DNA of 64,000 nucleotides from Yuukianura sp. NJ FZ-2021. Taxonomy: Eukaryota. Below, in pieces: positions 40,352 to 52,861 of the stretch. Under the pieces are notes generated by a model. It worked only from the letters and a program-made list of their open reading frames with translations, made no database searches and was not told where the DNA came from. Every line of letters starts with the position of its first letter. The stretch's first letter is position 1. The translations under genes were made by a program, and so were the position numbers. The DNA lies in contig CM102287.1 of the NCBI GenBank assembly GCA_046563655.1, positions 8,432,001 through 8,496,000 of the forward strand, written 5' to 3'.

Positions 40352-43300
40352 ATGGCTGGTAGATTTTTGTACGTTTGTGTTGGACTGGTAATGGTGAGCG
40401 TAGTTGTTGAAGTCGGAGGGTGGGGAGGGCTATTCAACCGCTTCAGTCCAGAACTACTGTCTAATTTGGGCTATGGTCACCAACACTCTTCCTACAAGGC
40501 ACAACCACTCGTACAGGTCAGGTCAAAGGTCAACTTCAAAATCTAAAAATATTGACTAAAAGACTACCGTAGATTCCTATAAAACAGTTAATTAAAACTT
40601 AATTATACTTAATTAAAACTTAGACATAAACTTCATTATACTGAATTAAAATTCAATTATAGAGAGTTAATTATAAAACTGAAGCTGTTTTTTTAGAATG
40701 TGGAGAAAGGGAATTTGGAGGAAATTATGGAAGAGGACAGTTCAGTTCAAGAGAATTGCTATGCTCGGAAATGTAGTTCAAATGCGGATTGTTGTGGTAG
40801 CCACGCATGTGTGGACGTCGACGGAGGTAAGTTCTGTCGAAGGTCAAAGGTCAAATTTAGGTCATCCGCCATAACTTAAGCTTTTGTGGTTTAATTTCAG
40901 TTTTAGGAACATGTCTCCCTACGTTTGGTGCTAGACAAGGTGAAATGTGCTTGCGAGATGGAGAGTGCGAGTCTGGACTCATTTGTTCTGGATCGCATGT
41001 CAAGTACTGCAGCCCTGTCCAGGACACCAAGAAGCAGTACGGTACGTCAATTTTTGTATTGTTTTGACCTTTGACCTCTTGTGCCAACTTTTTCTTTCTG
41101 ATTTTTGATCTCCTCTAACATCAAGTTTTCAATTTTTGAAGACAAGACTTGTTTTTGACGAGAATTGTTTGAATTTTTAGTAGGTGCATGTTAGGTCAGT
41201 TTCAAGTTTCATGTTTAATGTTAGTTTATGTTAAAAATAGTTTAATGGTTAGTTTAGATTTGTCAAAAGTGGTTTTCAAAAGCCCAAAATTGCAAACCAC
41301 GCCCACTTTAGAGAGTTTTGAGACACTTGTTTGGCGGCTTGTCAACGTCAAGGGAGTAAGCCTGTTATGGAGTACTTACGACTTGGAATCATGCAACCCT
41401 TAAATCACAAAGGTTTCAAAGTGCTTCTGGGAATTCCTTCAAGCGTCAAATCCCTTCCAGCGATAACTTTCTTCTCCGGTGGTCATAGTTCCAGCTCTGC
41501 AAAGAGCAGGAGAAACTGCAGTTTCTCCAGCTCAACTTTCTCCTTCCGTTCCTCAAGTGTGCTAAATTTCAGTTTAAAATTTAATCAGTTTGTCACTTCC
41601 TGAGTTACTATTCGCAGAAAATCTACAGAGGAATGGCGTCATAAAGTTTAGATTAGGCGTGCAACCTGACACTATATTTTGAAACGACAACTCACCTTAA
41701 TCTCCCCTTGAGACTGGACCCCCCCCCCATTGAGCCATACTGGACCCCCCCACCTTTCTTGAGACATACTGAACCCCCCCCCCCTCTTTGAGCTATACTG
41801 GAACAGCATCTGGAGTGTATTTATTTGTTTTTTTTTAATCCAGCTTTTCCCGGTTCTAATGAGCCTCTGAGGTGAGACAAGAGTAATTGAGTTAGGCCTA
41901 ATCCTAAGCTCTACTCCAGTTAGGTTGCAGCCTAACTTTATGTTGTAGCCTAAGGTTAGGTTATTGTCTACCCTAGAGATTTACTGGAACAGAGGAAATG
42001 AAAATCCAGGTTGAGGCTGGAACAAAGCTTCTCTTGTTTCCTTTTCTACTAAAAAGATCCAATTAGATCCAGATTTGTCTTGCCCTTTCGGTCTAGACGC
42101 TCACGTTCTTCGGTGTTATATTGCTTCGAGGAAAAGCTAACTAACGATAAGTTGTCAGTTTGTGACCTATCGTGACCTTGCTTTTCTTTTTTGTGCTCAG
42201 GTGAGGACTGTGTCATGTCCAGTGACTGTGACATTTCCAAGGGACTCTGCTGTCAAGTCCAAAGGAGACACAGACAGGCGCCGAGAAAAGTAAGTTCTTC
42301 ATAATTTCGTTCGAAATTGTTCTTTCCGAATCTTTTCTTTAAATAAAGGAACAATGTACTTTTAATCAAAGCGACTCCGCCAGGAATAGAATGGAAAAAT
42401 TCAATCAATCCCGACGCTGTTTTCTGCTTTCACCTTCTCAATAGTTTTGCTTAATTAAAAAATTTTAATTAAAAGTCCTTGTTTTTTGTTTGTTTTTCCT
42501 TTTTTGTCCATTTTTTTGAAATTTTGAATTTGCTGAGCTTCAATTCCACGAAAAAAGTTTTGTCATTCTGCCTATTGAATTGTATTTTTTGCTGGAAAAA
42601 TTTTATGAATGGAGCCGATCTCATTCATTAATTTTTTGTCAAGATTACGAAAAAAAAAACTTTTTGTGAAAAAAGTGTTAGAAAAAAATGAAAAAGTGAA
42701 CGTAGAGACCACATTTCAATTTTGTGTTGAAATTTATTACAGTTCGGCGGAAGCGATGAATGGAACTTCCGTTTTTGAACTTTTAGAAAAAAAATGGGAG
42801 AAAGTTTGCTTTCACCAACAGAGTCCCATTGGTTGTGCTTTTTCCAATTAAACTTAAAAGAGCTTGTGGATTCCTTTGAAGTTGAGTCTAACAAACAAAA
42901 TGTTACGTTAACGCACCCACATGCTGAACATAAACCTAACAAACCTAGCCTTAATCTAAACTATGAAATGGGTTGGACGTAGAAATGTATAGATATTTAA
43001 TTCAAACTAATGGAAGGTTTTACTCCGAAAAAAGGGTGAAAAAAATATGAAGCTTTAACGAAACATGCTTTTTCTGTTTATAGATCTCGCTTTCTCTCTG
43101 CTAAAAGCCAAGCTTTCACCTTGATTAAGTTTTGGATTACTTTTTAATACAATTTATATATTTTATTACGCTTTTATGTTTATTACTTTTTTATGTACAT
43201 TTTAATAACTTATTTTGTTCCGTTGTAGGCTTGCAGCTACTTCAAGGATCCTTTGATCTGTGTGGGTCCGGTGGCGATGGAACAAATTCGTCAATTTGTT

Positions 43301-43363
43301 GAGCATACGACAGGAGAGAAGAGGATTGCCGGCACTGCGAGTGAATTCAATCATCTCCGCTGA
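40352..43363 (+). CDS. ITG: ITG-like peptide / prohormone-3 precursor; exons 40352-40516, 40697-40826, 40901-41041, 42201-42289, 43229-43363
   Basis: Signal peptide then WGGLFNRFSPELLSNLGYG; Cys-rich core CYARKCSSNADCC...CDISKGLCCQVQRRHRQAPRKACSYFKDPLICVGPVA; C-terminal HTTGEKR-IAGTASEFNHLR*. Confidence 0.92.
41705..41803. repeat. Degenerate C-run tandem repeat (unit ~TTGAG(C/A)CATACTGGACCCCCCC), ~4 copies
   Basis: ttgag..atactg(g/a)a recurs, separated by three C-runs of 7-10 nt. Confidence 0.7.
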
Positions 43364-45204
43364 GAATTGTAAAGACGATAGTTTTCAAAACACACTGCAA
43401 AATTTTGAGTTTCAGAAATGATTCACAAAACTTTCTTTCAAGAATTTTAAAAGAAAGCATTTTTAGTTCAACACGAGAAACTGTCGTCTTCCGGAACAAA
43501 ATCATGATTGATATTTCCTTTTTACGCGATTTTTTTTGCACTTAAAACATCAAAGAGGAAAATTAACCGAGGTGAACTGTTGAATCTCAAAAGATTCGAA
43601 ATTGAAAAAGAAAGATGAAACGGAATTTCTAAAAAGTGAATTTGAAATTCAACCTGCCCGTCTGCCCTCATTTTCACATTTTTTTTTTCAACAACCACCT
43701 ACCGACTAGCAATCACTGAAAATACCACAGCTACTAAAACACAAAGTAAAAACAAAAATTTCGAACTTTTTTTTTTCAAGACTCATTCAAAAAATTCAAA
43801 AACAGTTTGTGCGCATATGAAAGTGTAATTTCTCAAAACTTTAGATTTTCAATCGGAAATGTTCGCTTTCCTTTTTAATTTCGCGTTTCCACTTCGGTAA
43901 CCTCGCGTTTTTTACATTTCCACCGCAAAGTACAAACTTTTTATTTGAAATTCTACATTTCCGAACAGCAGTTTCTGTTTGAAGTACGGAAAGAGTGGGC
44001 GGGCGGGCAGATCTGCAGTGTGAAGCGAAGGAATTGAAAGTGATGGAGGTGAAAGTAACTTTTGCCCATTTATTTCCAGGGCTTTAATTTCCTCTCTCCC
44101 ACTTTCACTTTCTTCCGCCGTCGAAACGTTAGAATTTCTCTCTTCTTTTTCCAAAAAGCGAGAGAAAATACAAAAAACGAAAAAGAAAATTCATGATTCA
44201 TTGCTTTTTTACAATCATTTTGGTTGCCCATTTCCCTTATTGCGTATTTCTTAGAAATTAGAATTTGAACAAAGAATCTAAATAGAATTTTTTAGAAAGT
44301 AGGAACTTTTTTTTTGAAAAACTATTCTAATAGTTAAGTTTAAGTTTGTGTAAGCGCATGGATTGGCCCTTAAAAACATATCAGACTTACCTAAGTGTGT
44401 ACCTAACCTAAAGAAACAAAGTTATTCTTGTCAAAAAATGTCAATCTTTACATATCATGCACACGCACAGTTTACAAAAAAACAGAAATTCCTCCTAGTT
44501 AAGCCTCTCTGTCTTGTGTCAATCAAAATTTGACATTTTAGGTTATTCAAAATTAGTAAGTTGACCTTTGACCCTTCAGGAATGCAAGAGTGAAATTCAA
44601 GAAGGTGACATATCATGATCATATCATAATTTGACATTTGTGTAACTTCAAAAAAGTGATACATTAATAAAGTGGGTTTCTTTGTCTTCTCATCTGACTT
44701 TCTCCACTTTCACTTTATTTTTGGCCACATTTTGTGTTAGGGCGACGATGATGACGTGATGTTGCAAAAGCCACCGGCCGTAATGGATATTTCAACATTT
44801 ATTGTGGGACAACGCCTCGGGTAAATGTCACACCACTACGCTCTGTTCCTTTAGCGTTTTGAGAATATGAAATTACTTGGTGGTTCTTCGTGGGTGATGA
44901 AATAAAAGTGCTATTAAATCGATTCGTTTCCATCTCAACCAACACTCAATTCATGTTCTGTTTTTACTTCTCTGTAACCCAAATAAACAGGAAAAGGAAA
45001 CGAAACGTAAACGATTTTCAGGAGAAAATGTAATTTTCTGTTGGTTTCATTCAAACTATTGAATTGAATTCAATCTGGTTCTGGAGAAAGTGGAATTTAT
45101 TGCACCGGTTTGTCAATATTTGCTGGTGTCCGGTTACATCATTTCACCAACTTGAAAGTTGAAAATAAGGTGACAGTGTTCTCCAATAACAGTTTCTAAC
45201 AAAA

Positions 45205-45375
45205 ACGGAAACGATTTTGTCGTGGAAAGAAGCGATTTTCTGGAAAAGAGAAACGATTTTCTGGTGAAAGGAAACGATTTTCTGGAAAGAACAACCGACT
45301 TTCTAAAGTAAAGAAACGATTTTCCATAGAAAAGAAACGATTTTCTAGAGAAAGGAAACGATTTTCCAGAGAGGA
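45205..45375. repeat. ~21-bp minisatellite (GAAACGATTTTCTGGAAAAGA-like), ~8 copies
   Basis: gaaacgatttt or a close variant recurs about every 21 nt. Confidence 0.85.
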
Positions 45376-45654
45376 AGAAAGTTTTTGAAGAAAAGCAGTT
45401 TCTTGTTTAAGAAATTTAGGTAATTTCTCGTTTCTTTTAAAAAGAAGTTAAACTGTTTTAGTTTTTGAAGAATCCCAAGCGTAATCTAGGATGTAAATCT
45501 TCAAATTTTCTAAGTTTTTTAAAACTCATTTTCCAGACTTAGGTTCATTATGAAAATTTATTCCTTTATTACACTTTTTCAAATTTTGCTGAATTTGAAC
45601 CTGCAGCTCCTGCGGCAGACATTGTTTTAAACCAGAACTTTCAAGCAAGAAAGT

Positions 45655-46743
45655 ATGGAAGATTGTAATTCAAATACTGGACTCCCCGGTGGGGCAACCG
45701 CCAACTGCCCACCTTCCGCTACTCAAGACGCTAGACGACGCAAGATCCCACCTGAAATGGCACTGAACATGTTGCAAACATCGCAGACTCAAAAAATTAA
45801 CAAGAAACTGCCACCGCCTCCACCTTCTCCATCGAATTCTCAAGGATTTGACCTTGACCCGCCAGCGGTCGTAGTTGCTGGTGGATCCACTTTTCCTAGA
45901 AACACAGAAGATGAAGCCCTCAAGGCTTTTGGGGCTGCTCTTGACGAAATCTGTGGAGATGAAGAGGTGCCAGAGTCAACGCCAGAAAATGCGCCCTTTG
46001 ATCTCGTTCTTGACGTTAGTTTCAAAAAACTTTGAAAAAACGTTCTTTCTAAATTGTTTTTGAAACCTGATTTTGACTTCCTTTGCCTTGATTTGACAGT
46101 TTATGGCTGCCGTCATGAAAGAAGACTTTGAACACGCTCTCAAACTGGCGAATTTGAGTAATTTTCCCACTTTTTTCACATACAATTTTCTCTCAGTGTC
46201 AAAATTTCAAAACTTCAAAAAAACACTTACAGCTTTTTAGCTTTTGAACTTTTTTTTACTCCTCGTGTGCAATTTTTCAGTTCTCAAATATGAGCCAACA
46301 AATTCAACCGTTGCAGAATACTTGCCAATTTTACAAGAATTGATTCAATTGGAGCAGCAAGGTAAAGTCAAAATTTAAAAGAAGGCTGCAAAAGCGTTTT
46401 TTATTGTTAGAAATTACTTTAAAATGTGTTTTTAGAAAGTGACTCTTCGTGTACAACGGACAGCGACGAATCTGGCTCAGAGGACGAGTCATGCTCATCT
46501 TCAGAATCTGAATCTGAAGATGAAGAGTCACCCTCTTCTGCTTCTGAGACTGAAGATGGAGAAAGTACGCGTGAGGTCAAAGGTCAAGATGAGGCTGATG
46601 AAGAGTCAGATTCAACTGTAGCTTCGGATGAGTATTTGTCAGAATACGGAGAAGATTATGAACATCCAGTTGTACCCGGGGAGGACGATGGTTACGAAAC
46701 TAATGAAACTGGGCAACTCCAGGAAGAAGCGGGGGAAGAATAG
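45655..46743 (+). CDS. ERICH2: Glutamate-rich protein 2-like; exons 45655-46014, 46100-46157, 46281-46361, 46436-46743
   Basis: Spliced core APFDLVLDFMAAVMKEDFEHALKLANLILKYEPTNSTVAEYLPILQELIQ resembles the ERICH2 core as I recall it (AP.EL..EF..A.M...Y..A.KLC..IL.YEP.N), followed by an acidic Ser/Glu/Asp tail. Confidence 0.75.
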
Positions 46744-47479
46744 TCTAAGCTAACTTAAACCTTTGCCAAAACCAAAAGAATAACCTTTGACATATTGGGT
46801 TGTGAGATTCATGTGACAATTTGATTAACGATAAACCTTTCATTACTTCTGCTCTACATCAAACTTAGCGAGTCGCAATTTGCGGCAATTTTTTATTGTG
46901 AAAATTTTTGCGGCATTTGGCAATTTCTTCCAGAAGTTACTGAAACGAACCAATTTAATTTTTTGGTAATGATAATCTATTGCGGCTGAAGGTTAATCTA
47001 TTCAAATAGCCTAACAAAATGCTTCAGTCACTTGTTATGATGCATTGGCTATGAATTTACTCAACTTAATTCTGCAGACGTCAATAAGTTAACCACAATT
47101 ACATAATCTGTGTTGTTGGTCACGAACATGTCAAATAGCTAAACTTTTTGATTTTAAACTTTTTGTTCTAGTATCTGAAAAAAAAAACTTCAAAAATACT
47201 GAAGTGATTGATTCAATTTAAATTTCAAATTAAAAAACAAATCCAATCTTCACACTTCCAAATCAATTTGGAATTCAAAAAGTGTTGAAAACAAAAGCTA
47301 AATTATTTGTTTTCACTAAAGAGAGTAAACAAAACGAAGGCAAACATTTTCAATATTTTCTAATTTTAGAAACTTTGACAAAACACGTCTTAGCCTGGGA
47401 TCTGAAGTTGCAAAAAAAAGTTGAATAGTTCCGAGTTTTTTTTCTTTTGAGTTTCCAAGTACTTTTTTGAAAACAGAAG

Positions 47480-49585
47480 ATGAACACTACTGAAAAATGT
47501 GCGATTGCCGAGGCTGACTTTCACTTTGATATAAACGAACAAGAGAACCGGAACATGGAAGTCTATTCAGAGGCAAGTTTTTTTTAAACTAAATTTTCCA
47601 AATTGAAAAAAAAAGTCAGATACGTTGTTAATCTTAATTAAGAAAAGTTAATTAATGAGTTCTTGTTTAGTTATGGCCATTGTTCCTGAGCCTCGTTGCA
47701 TTAGAGTATATTGCGTTGAGCCTCAAGGGAAAAGCACCTCGGCTCGGTGAAAGTCTCAATTCCCTTGGTCATGGAATCATGGCGGAGTCAGTAAGGTTAG
47801 TTTTTAAAAAATTAGAACAAAAAGGTTTTCAAAATTTTGAAAACTTCAATTTCGATTTTTTTTAGAATCCTGACATTGGGAATGCAAATCACGGTTTACG
47901 CCTCAGTACATTCGCATTGTAAAATTTTTGATTTTTCATGGACAAGTTCTTTCGCCTGGATTTTCTCATTTTTTCTTGTTGACCTTGCATATTACATAGG
48001 TCACAGAGCTACACATGGTAAGCCAATGCATGAAGGGAGTTTTGTTTTTAAAATATTAAAATAGTAATTTTCAAAATTTTCAAAAAATTTCCAAAAAATC
48101 TTTTGGACAGAAATTAACTTTCTCTGGGCCCAACATCATATTCATCACAGTTCAGAGGATTTCAATCTGGCCGTGTCTGTGCGACACCCTATTTCTCACT
48201 CTTGGATAAACACGGTACACTTTTCATCAGTTCTGTTTCAAAATTTGGAAATTCAGGTCCAAAAACTGAAATAATTCAATTTGTTTTTAGTTTTTCTATC
48301 TCCCTCTTGCAATTCTAATTCCACCAACCCAGGTCTTGGTCTACCAAGAATTTAATTTGATTTACCAAGCATGGATTCACACTTCGCTCATAGGCGACCT
48401 TGGGCCCTTGGTTGAGTACTTTCTCAACACTCCGTCACACCATAAAGTTCATCATGGCAAGCCTAAGCCACCAAAAAATGAAACACAAATTCGAAATTTT
48501 ATATTCATTTTTTTCAATTTAGGATGTAACCTCTATGCTTTGGATAAAAATTTTGGCGGAATTTTGATCATTTGGGATCGACTGTTTGGAACTTTTGAAT
48601 CTCTGCGTCCAAATGAAGACCTCATCTTCGGAATCGTCTTTCAACACAGATCGTTCAATCCATTTTGGCAAATGGTAGATTTCAAAATTTTGAACTTTTT
48701 TAAGTTTTTGAAATTTTGAAAAAAATGTTCCATTTCTGTAATAGTGGCACAAGTTTGCGTCAATGTGGAGTCGAGTCAAAGGTCAAAAATCATTTATCGA
48801 CTCTCTAAAAGTAATTTTCTACGGTCCAAGCTGGATTGCTGGAGTCGGCGCTCCAAGGCTCGGCAGGCTCCAGGACAAAGTGACAGTAAGTTAAGAGTTA
48901 CTCGTAAAGTTGTCACGTGATTCCATACACTTCCACAACTTTTGCAAAGGACAGCCCCCTTAACTTTTGAATTAAAGTTTAGGAATCCTGGTGACACTAA
49001 GGCAGATTCATGGTTTTCCGGAACTTTGTTCTTGTTTCGTTTTCATTAAAAATGATGCTGTTTTGAACAGGTTAAGCCACGACCCAAATTTGAAGTCCCG
49101 CTGCCACCGTGGCTCCAAGTGTACCTCGTTATACACTTTCTAGTGGCTGCTGTAGTCTTCCAGGATTTGGCTACAAAAGGAGTAAGTTTTTAAAAATTTT
49201 AAAACGAAGGCATTTTGCAAAATGTACTCTTTTTCAGAACAAAAGTGAGCTGAGCCTGACCTTGACCCTGGCCTTCTTTGTCTTCACTTTGGCCACAATT
49301 GGATTTCTGTCAGAACGGAACCTCTGGGGACCACGCCTCGGTAACATCCCAAATACTAGTCCTAGACAGCAGTAAAAGCATCATAATTTTTTAAATTCCG
49401 AAACACATTTTTACGATTCTTTTGTCCGAAATTTTTTAGAACCCGTTCGTTGCCTTTGTTGCTTCGTTCTTGCTCCAGCGTCATTCCAGCCCTACGCTTC
49501 TCTCATTTTTTCCTTCTCCAGCATCACCTGGATCGGCCTTCTCTTGGTCCCCATGGAGAAATTAAATCTCCGTCTTACGGATTGA
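47480..49585 (+). CDS. AGMO: Alkylglycerol monooxygenase (fatty-acid hydroxylase family), 10 exons, two GC-AG introns
   Basis: His boxes [71 protein letters not shown]..G.PRLG; multiple transmembrane segments. Confidence 0.92.
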
Positions 49586-50811
49586 CATGCAGCTCCAAGC
49601 GTGCTTCTGATCATCAATTCTTCTTGTCCAGCACCCCCCCCCCACCTCTTCTTCCAGACCCCCCCCCCTCTAGACCCCAGGGGGATATCCGTCCTCCATT
49701 CAAATAGCCTCCGGAACGTGACCTAGATCGTCAAAACATATTCATGTTAACAACATTACTCTAGATTCATAGCTCCCTTCAGCGTCAAATAAAGTATAGA
49801 TGTTGCTTGAGGGAGGAATTGGAGCATCTTTGTGTTGGATCGTTCCAGAACATATGCCATAATGTTTTAACTTCCTTTTTGGATAAATTTTGACTTGAGG
49901 TCTTGTCCTGGATGTTCCTTGGAGAGCTATATGTTGGATTCTGCCAAATCTCTTTTCAAAAAATCTCATCTTCTTCCTGTTTCTTTTTGTTCATGTTCTT
50001 GAAATGTTGCTGTTCTGAGGCAGAGCTAAGCATAACTTGATTTCCAGTTTCATTCATCTTGAATGAGCTTCCTTTAGTCTCTTAGGATCCCCTTATCGTC
50101 TGACCTCTTTCACTTCCCTTGATCTCTGCAAAAACCACCAAAATACAAGTCTCACCAAATCACTTTTAGTTTAACTTTTTTTTCTTCTCACTTACGATTC
50201 TGTTTGTGAGAAACCAGAAATAGAATCCAACGCCAAAAGTGGTCCAGTTTCCGTTGAGCAAGTTAGACAAAACCAACGCTGGTTCAGATTCACTGCAAAA
50301 ATAAAAAGTTGAGGTAGTTTGCATTAAAAAAAATCTAAAACTTACAAATTTTAGGTACTGAAATTAAATTTTAGCTAAAAAGACTAACTTTTAAGTTGAA
50401 TTGGATTGAAATTGACTTCTGCGCTGCGTAGGCGTTAAGGCTTCACTGTCGTGGCGAAGGACTTCAAGGGAGCAAAGATTCCTTAACATGGTCTTTCTTC
50501 TTCTTTTTCCGTTTTTGAAAGATTCGTCTTTTTTCTCTGTTTTTCGAAAGATTCGTTGTTCTATTTTTAGCTGACACAACATCTTTCGCTTCCCTTCCCA
50601 GTAGAATTGCTTGTTTATTTTTACAAAGGGGTCCATTAGCCTTTTGTTGGGCTGTTCTCTTCATTTCCTTCTTCTGTTCTAAAACTTTTTCTAAAAAGTC
50701 TTCATTTTCAATCTTCTTGGTCCCTGACAAGATTAACTTATTTTCTACGCTTTCAGCAAATTTGATTAAATTGGAGGCACAGACGCCATTTTGATTGGTT
50801 CTGGACGAGAA

Positions 50812-52250
50812 ATGAAGCGGCTTTTGATCTTGTGCTGCCTTGTGGCACTGATTCTAACTGGCACTGACGCAAAAGTCGTAAGGCCCTACATTCTTAATTA
50901 AGTTGTGTCAACTGTCAAGTTCAAATTGACTTTTGGTCGTGTCTGGGTCAATTTGTAGAAAAAGCGCAAGAGGATTACGACGGAGAAACCGGCAGCGGTC
51001 ACTGAGGAAATCAAAGTGCCGGACTTGATTGAAGAAGAGGGAATTGCTGCTAATGAAGTCCCGGTTGACTCGGCGAATGACTATCCTGCACAAGGTCACA
51101 AGATTTTCGATTTTTTCGTAATTTCACGGTCCAGTCGATTTCGATTTTTCAAAAATTTCGGAAAAACGATGCAAAAAATTTCCTTTGATCGTTTCAGATC
51201 CTTGTATGGACAAGCGCTGTGGCCCTGGACGTGAATGTACTTCGACTGGACAAGGAAAGGCCAAATGTGTTTGTCTTGCAGCATGTCCAGCAGAAGAAGA
51301 CAACAGACGACGCGTAAGATTCTCGTTACATTCGTGTGTCATGAAGAAGTCCGTAATGTAACTTGAAATTTTGAATGATTTTGGAATTTTGAAATTTGAA
51401 ATTTTTCTGTAGGTTTGCAGCAACTACAACGAGACGTGGACGAGTGACTGTGAGTTGTACAGAGCACGGTGCCTCTGCGATTCCGGGTCAGCTGAATGCA
51501 CGACTCCAGCCAATAAGCACGTCCATATTGAGTACTACGGAGAATGCAGACAAATTGAAGTAAAGTTTTAGAAAACTTTTTCAAAATTTTTAAAAATCTG
51601 AATTTTGAGTACCATTTTGGTCCATTTTTGAAAGCCGTGTACTGAAGAGGAAATGGCCGACTTCCCACGGCGCATGAGCGACTGGCTGTTCAACGTCATG
51701 CGGGAACTGGCTGACCGTCGTGAACTGAGTCCACATTACATGAAGATGGAACGAGAAGCTGAACGAGCCACAAGCGAATCCCAGCGATCAGTGGCTGCAG
51801 CCGTTTGGAAATGGTGTGACTTGGACGGACATCCTAACGACAGGTAAATCAAAATTACCAACTTTTTCAAAAATTTCAAACTTCGAAATCAAATTCTATC
51901 AAAATTCAAAATTTCACTTACTTCAGACAAGTTTCACGACACGAACTGTTCCCAATCCGTGCTCCGTTGATGGCTCTCGAACACTGCATTGCTCCATTCC
52001 TCGATGGCTGTGACGCCGACAACGATCATCGCATTACTCTTCAAGAATGGGGTAAAATCTACAAAAACAGAAACAATTGAATCAAAATTAACAATTAAAA
52101 CTTAATTTGTGTAAAAATTAAAGTTAACTTGATTTTTACTTAACCTATCCAGGAAACTGTCTCCAAGTTCCGCAGCAGGACATGCTGGACAAATGTGACG
52201 ACGTTCGCGAAGGCGTCGAAGACAACGAAGAGGGCGAAGAAGAAATCTAA
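50812..52250 (+). CDS. SPARC: SPARC / BM-40 / osteonectin, 7 exons
   Basis: Signal peptide, acidic domain, follistatin/Kazal DPCMDKRCGPGREC...VCSNYNETWTSDCELYRARCLC...HIEYYGECR, EC domain DFPRRMSDWLFNVM...WKWCDLDGHP.DR.VSRHELFPIRAPLMALEHCIAPFLDGCDADNDHRITLQEWG. Confidence 0.97.
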
Positions 52251-52861
52251 ATCAGAACTTAATTAGTTTCAAATCAATTAAAATTCAACATCAATTAAAA
52301 CCTAGCACTTTCACTGCCTCTAAACTTAAAATTTTAGACACTTCCAGTCTACTTACGACTTTCACTGCCAAAAATTGTAATGTTTGTAAATAAATCAAAA
52401 CTTCCATCTCCAACTTCTAAATTTTATTTTTCTGCTCCACTCTCTTCTAAAATTTTTACAAATTCCATTTCAAAACGAAAAAACAAAAGCTGTTCAGAAT
52501 TTCCCACAAGCAGAATCTGCTTTTAAACATGTAAATAGAAAAAATCCGACTGCCGGCCACCAAAGTAGCAGAAAGGGGCGGGGCTTAAGTTTTAGCCTGG
52601 AATTAGAAGATTACGGGAGACTTAAACAATATAATAAAGTAAAGCTGGTATAATCTATAACAATAATAATTATAATATACAAATTAAATAACTTTTTACT
52701 ATCTTCCTAACTCTCCAGCAGTAGAGTCGGAGGGAAAGGGATTGGGTATTGGTATTACAAAGTTTTCCTACCTAGAAAATTAAGTTGTAATTATAATTTG
52801 TAGTGACTTTGGAAAAGTCGAGGGAGGGGAGGCGGCCACGGCAATCGCTTTAATTTCCATC

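Noticed and set aside
40585..40680. TTAATTAAAAC-like degenerate repeats (also ~23910-24010 and 52080-52130)
   Set aside because: Low-complexity AT sequence without a stable period.
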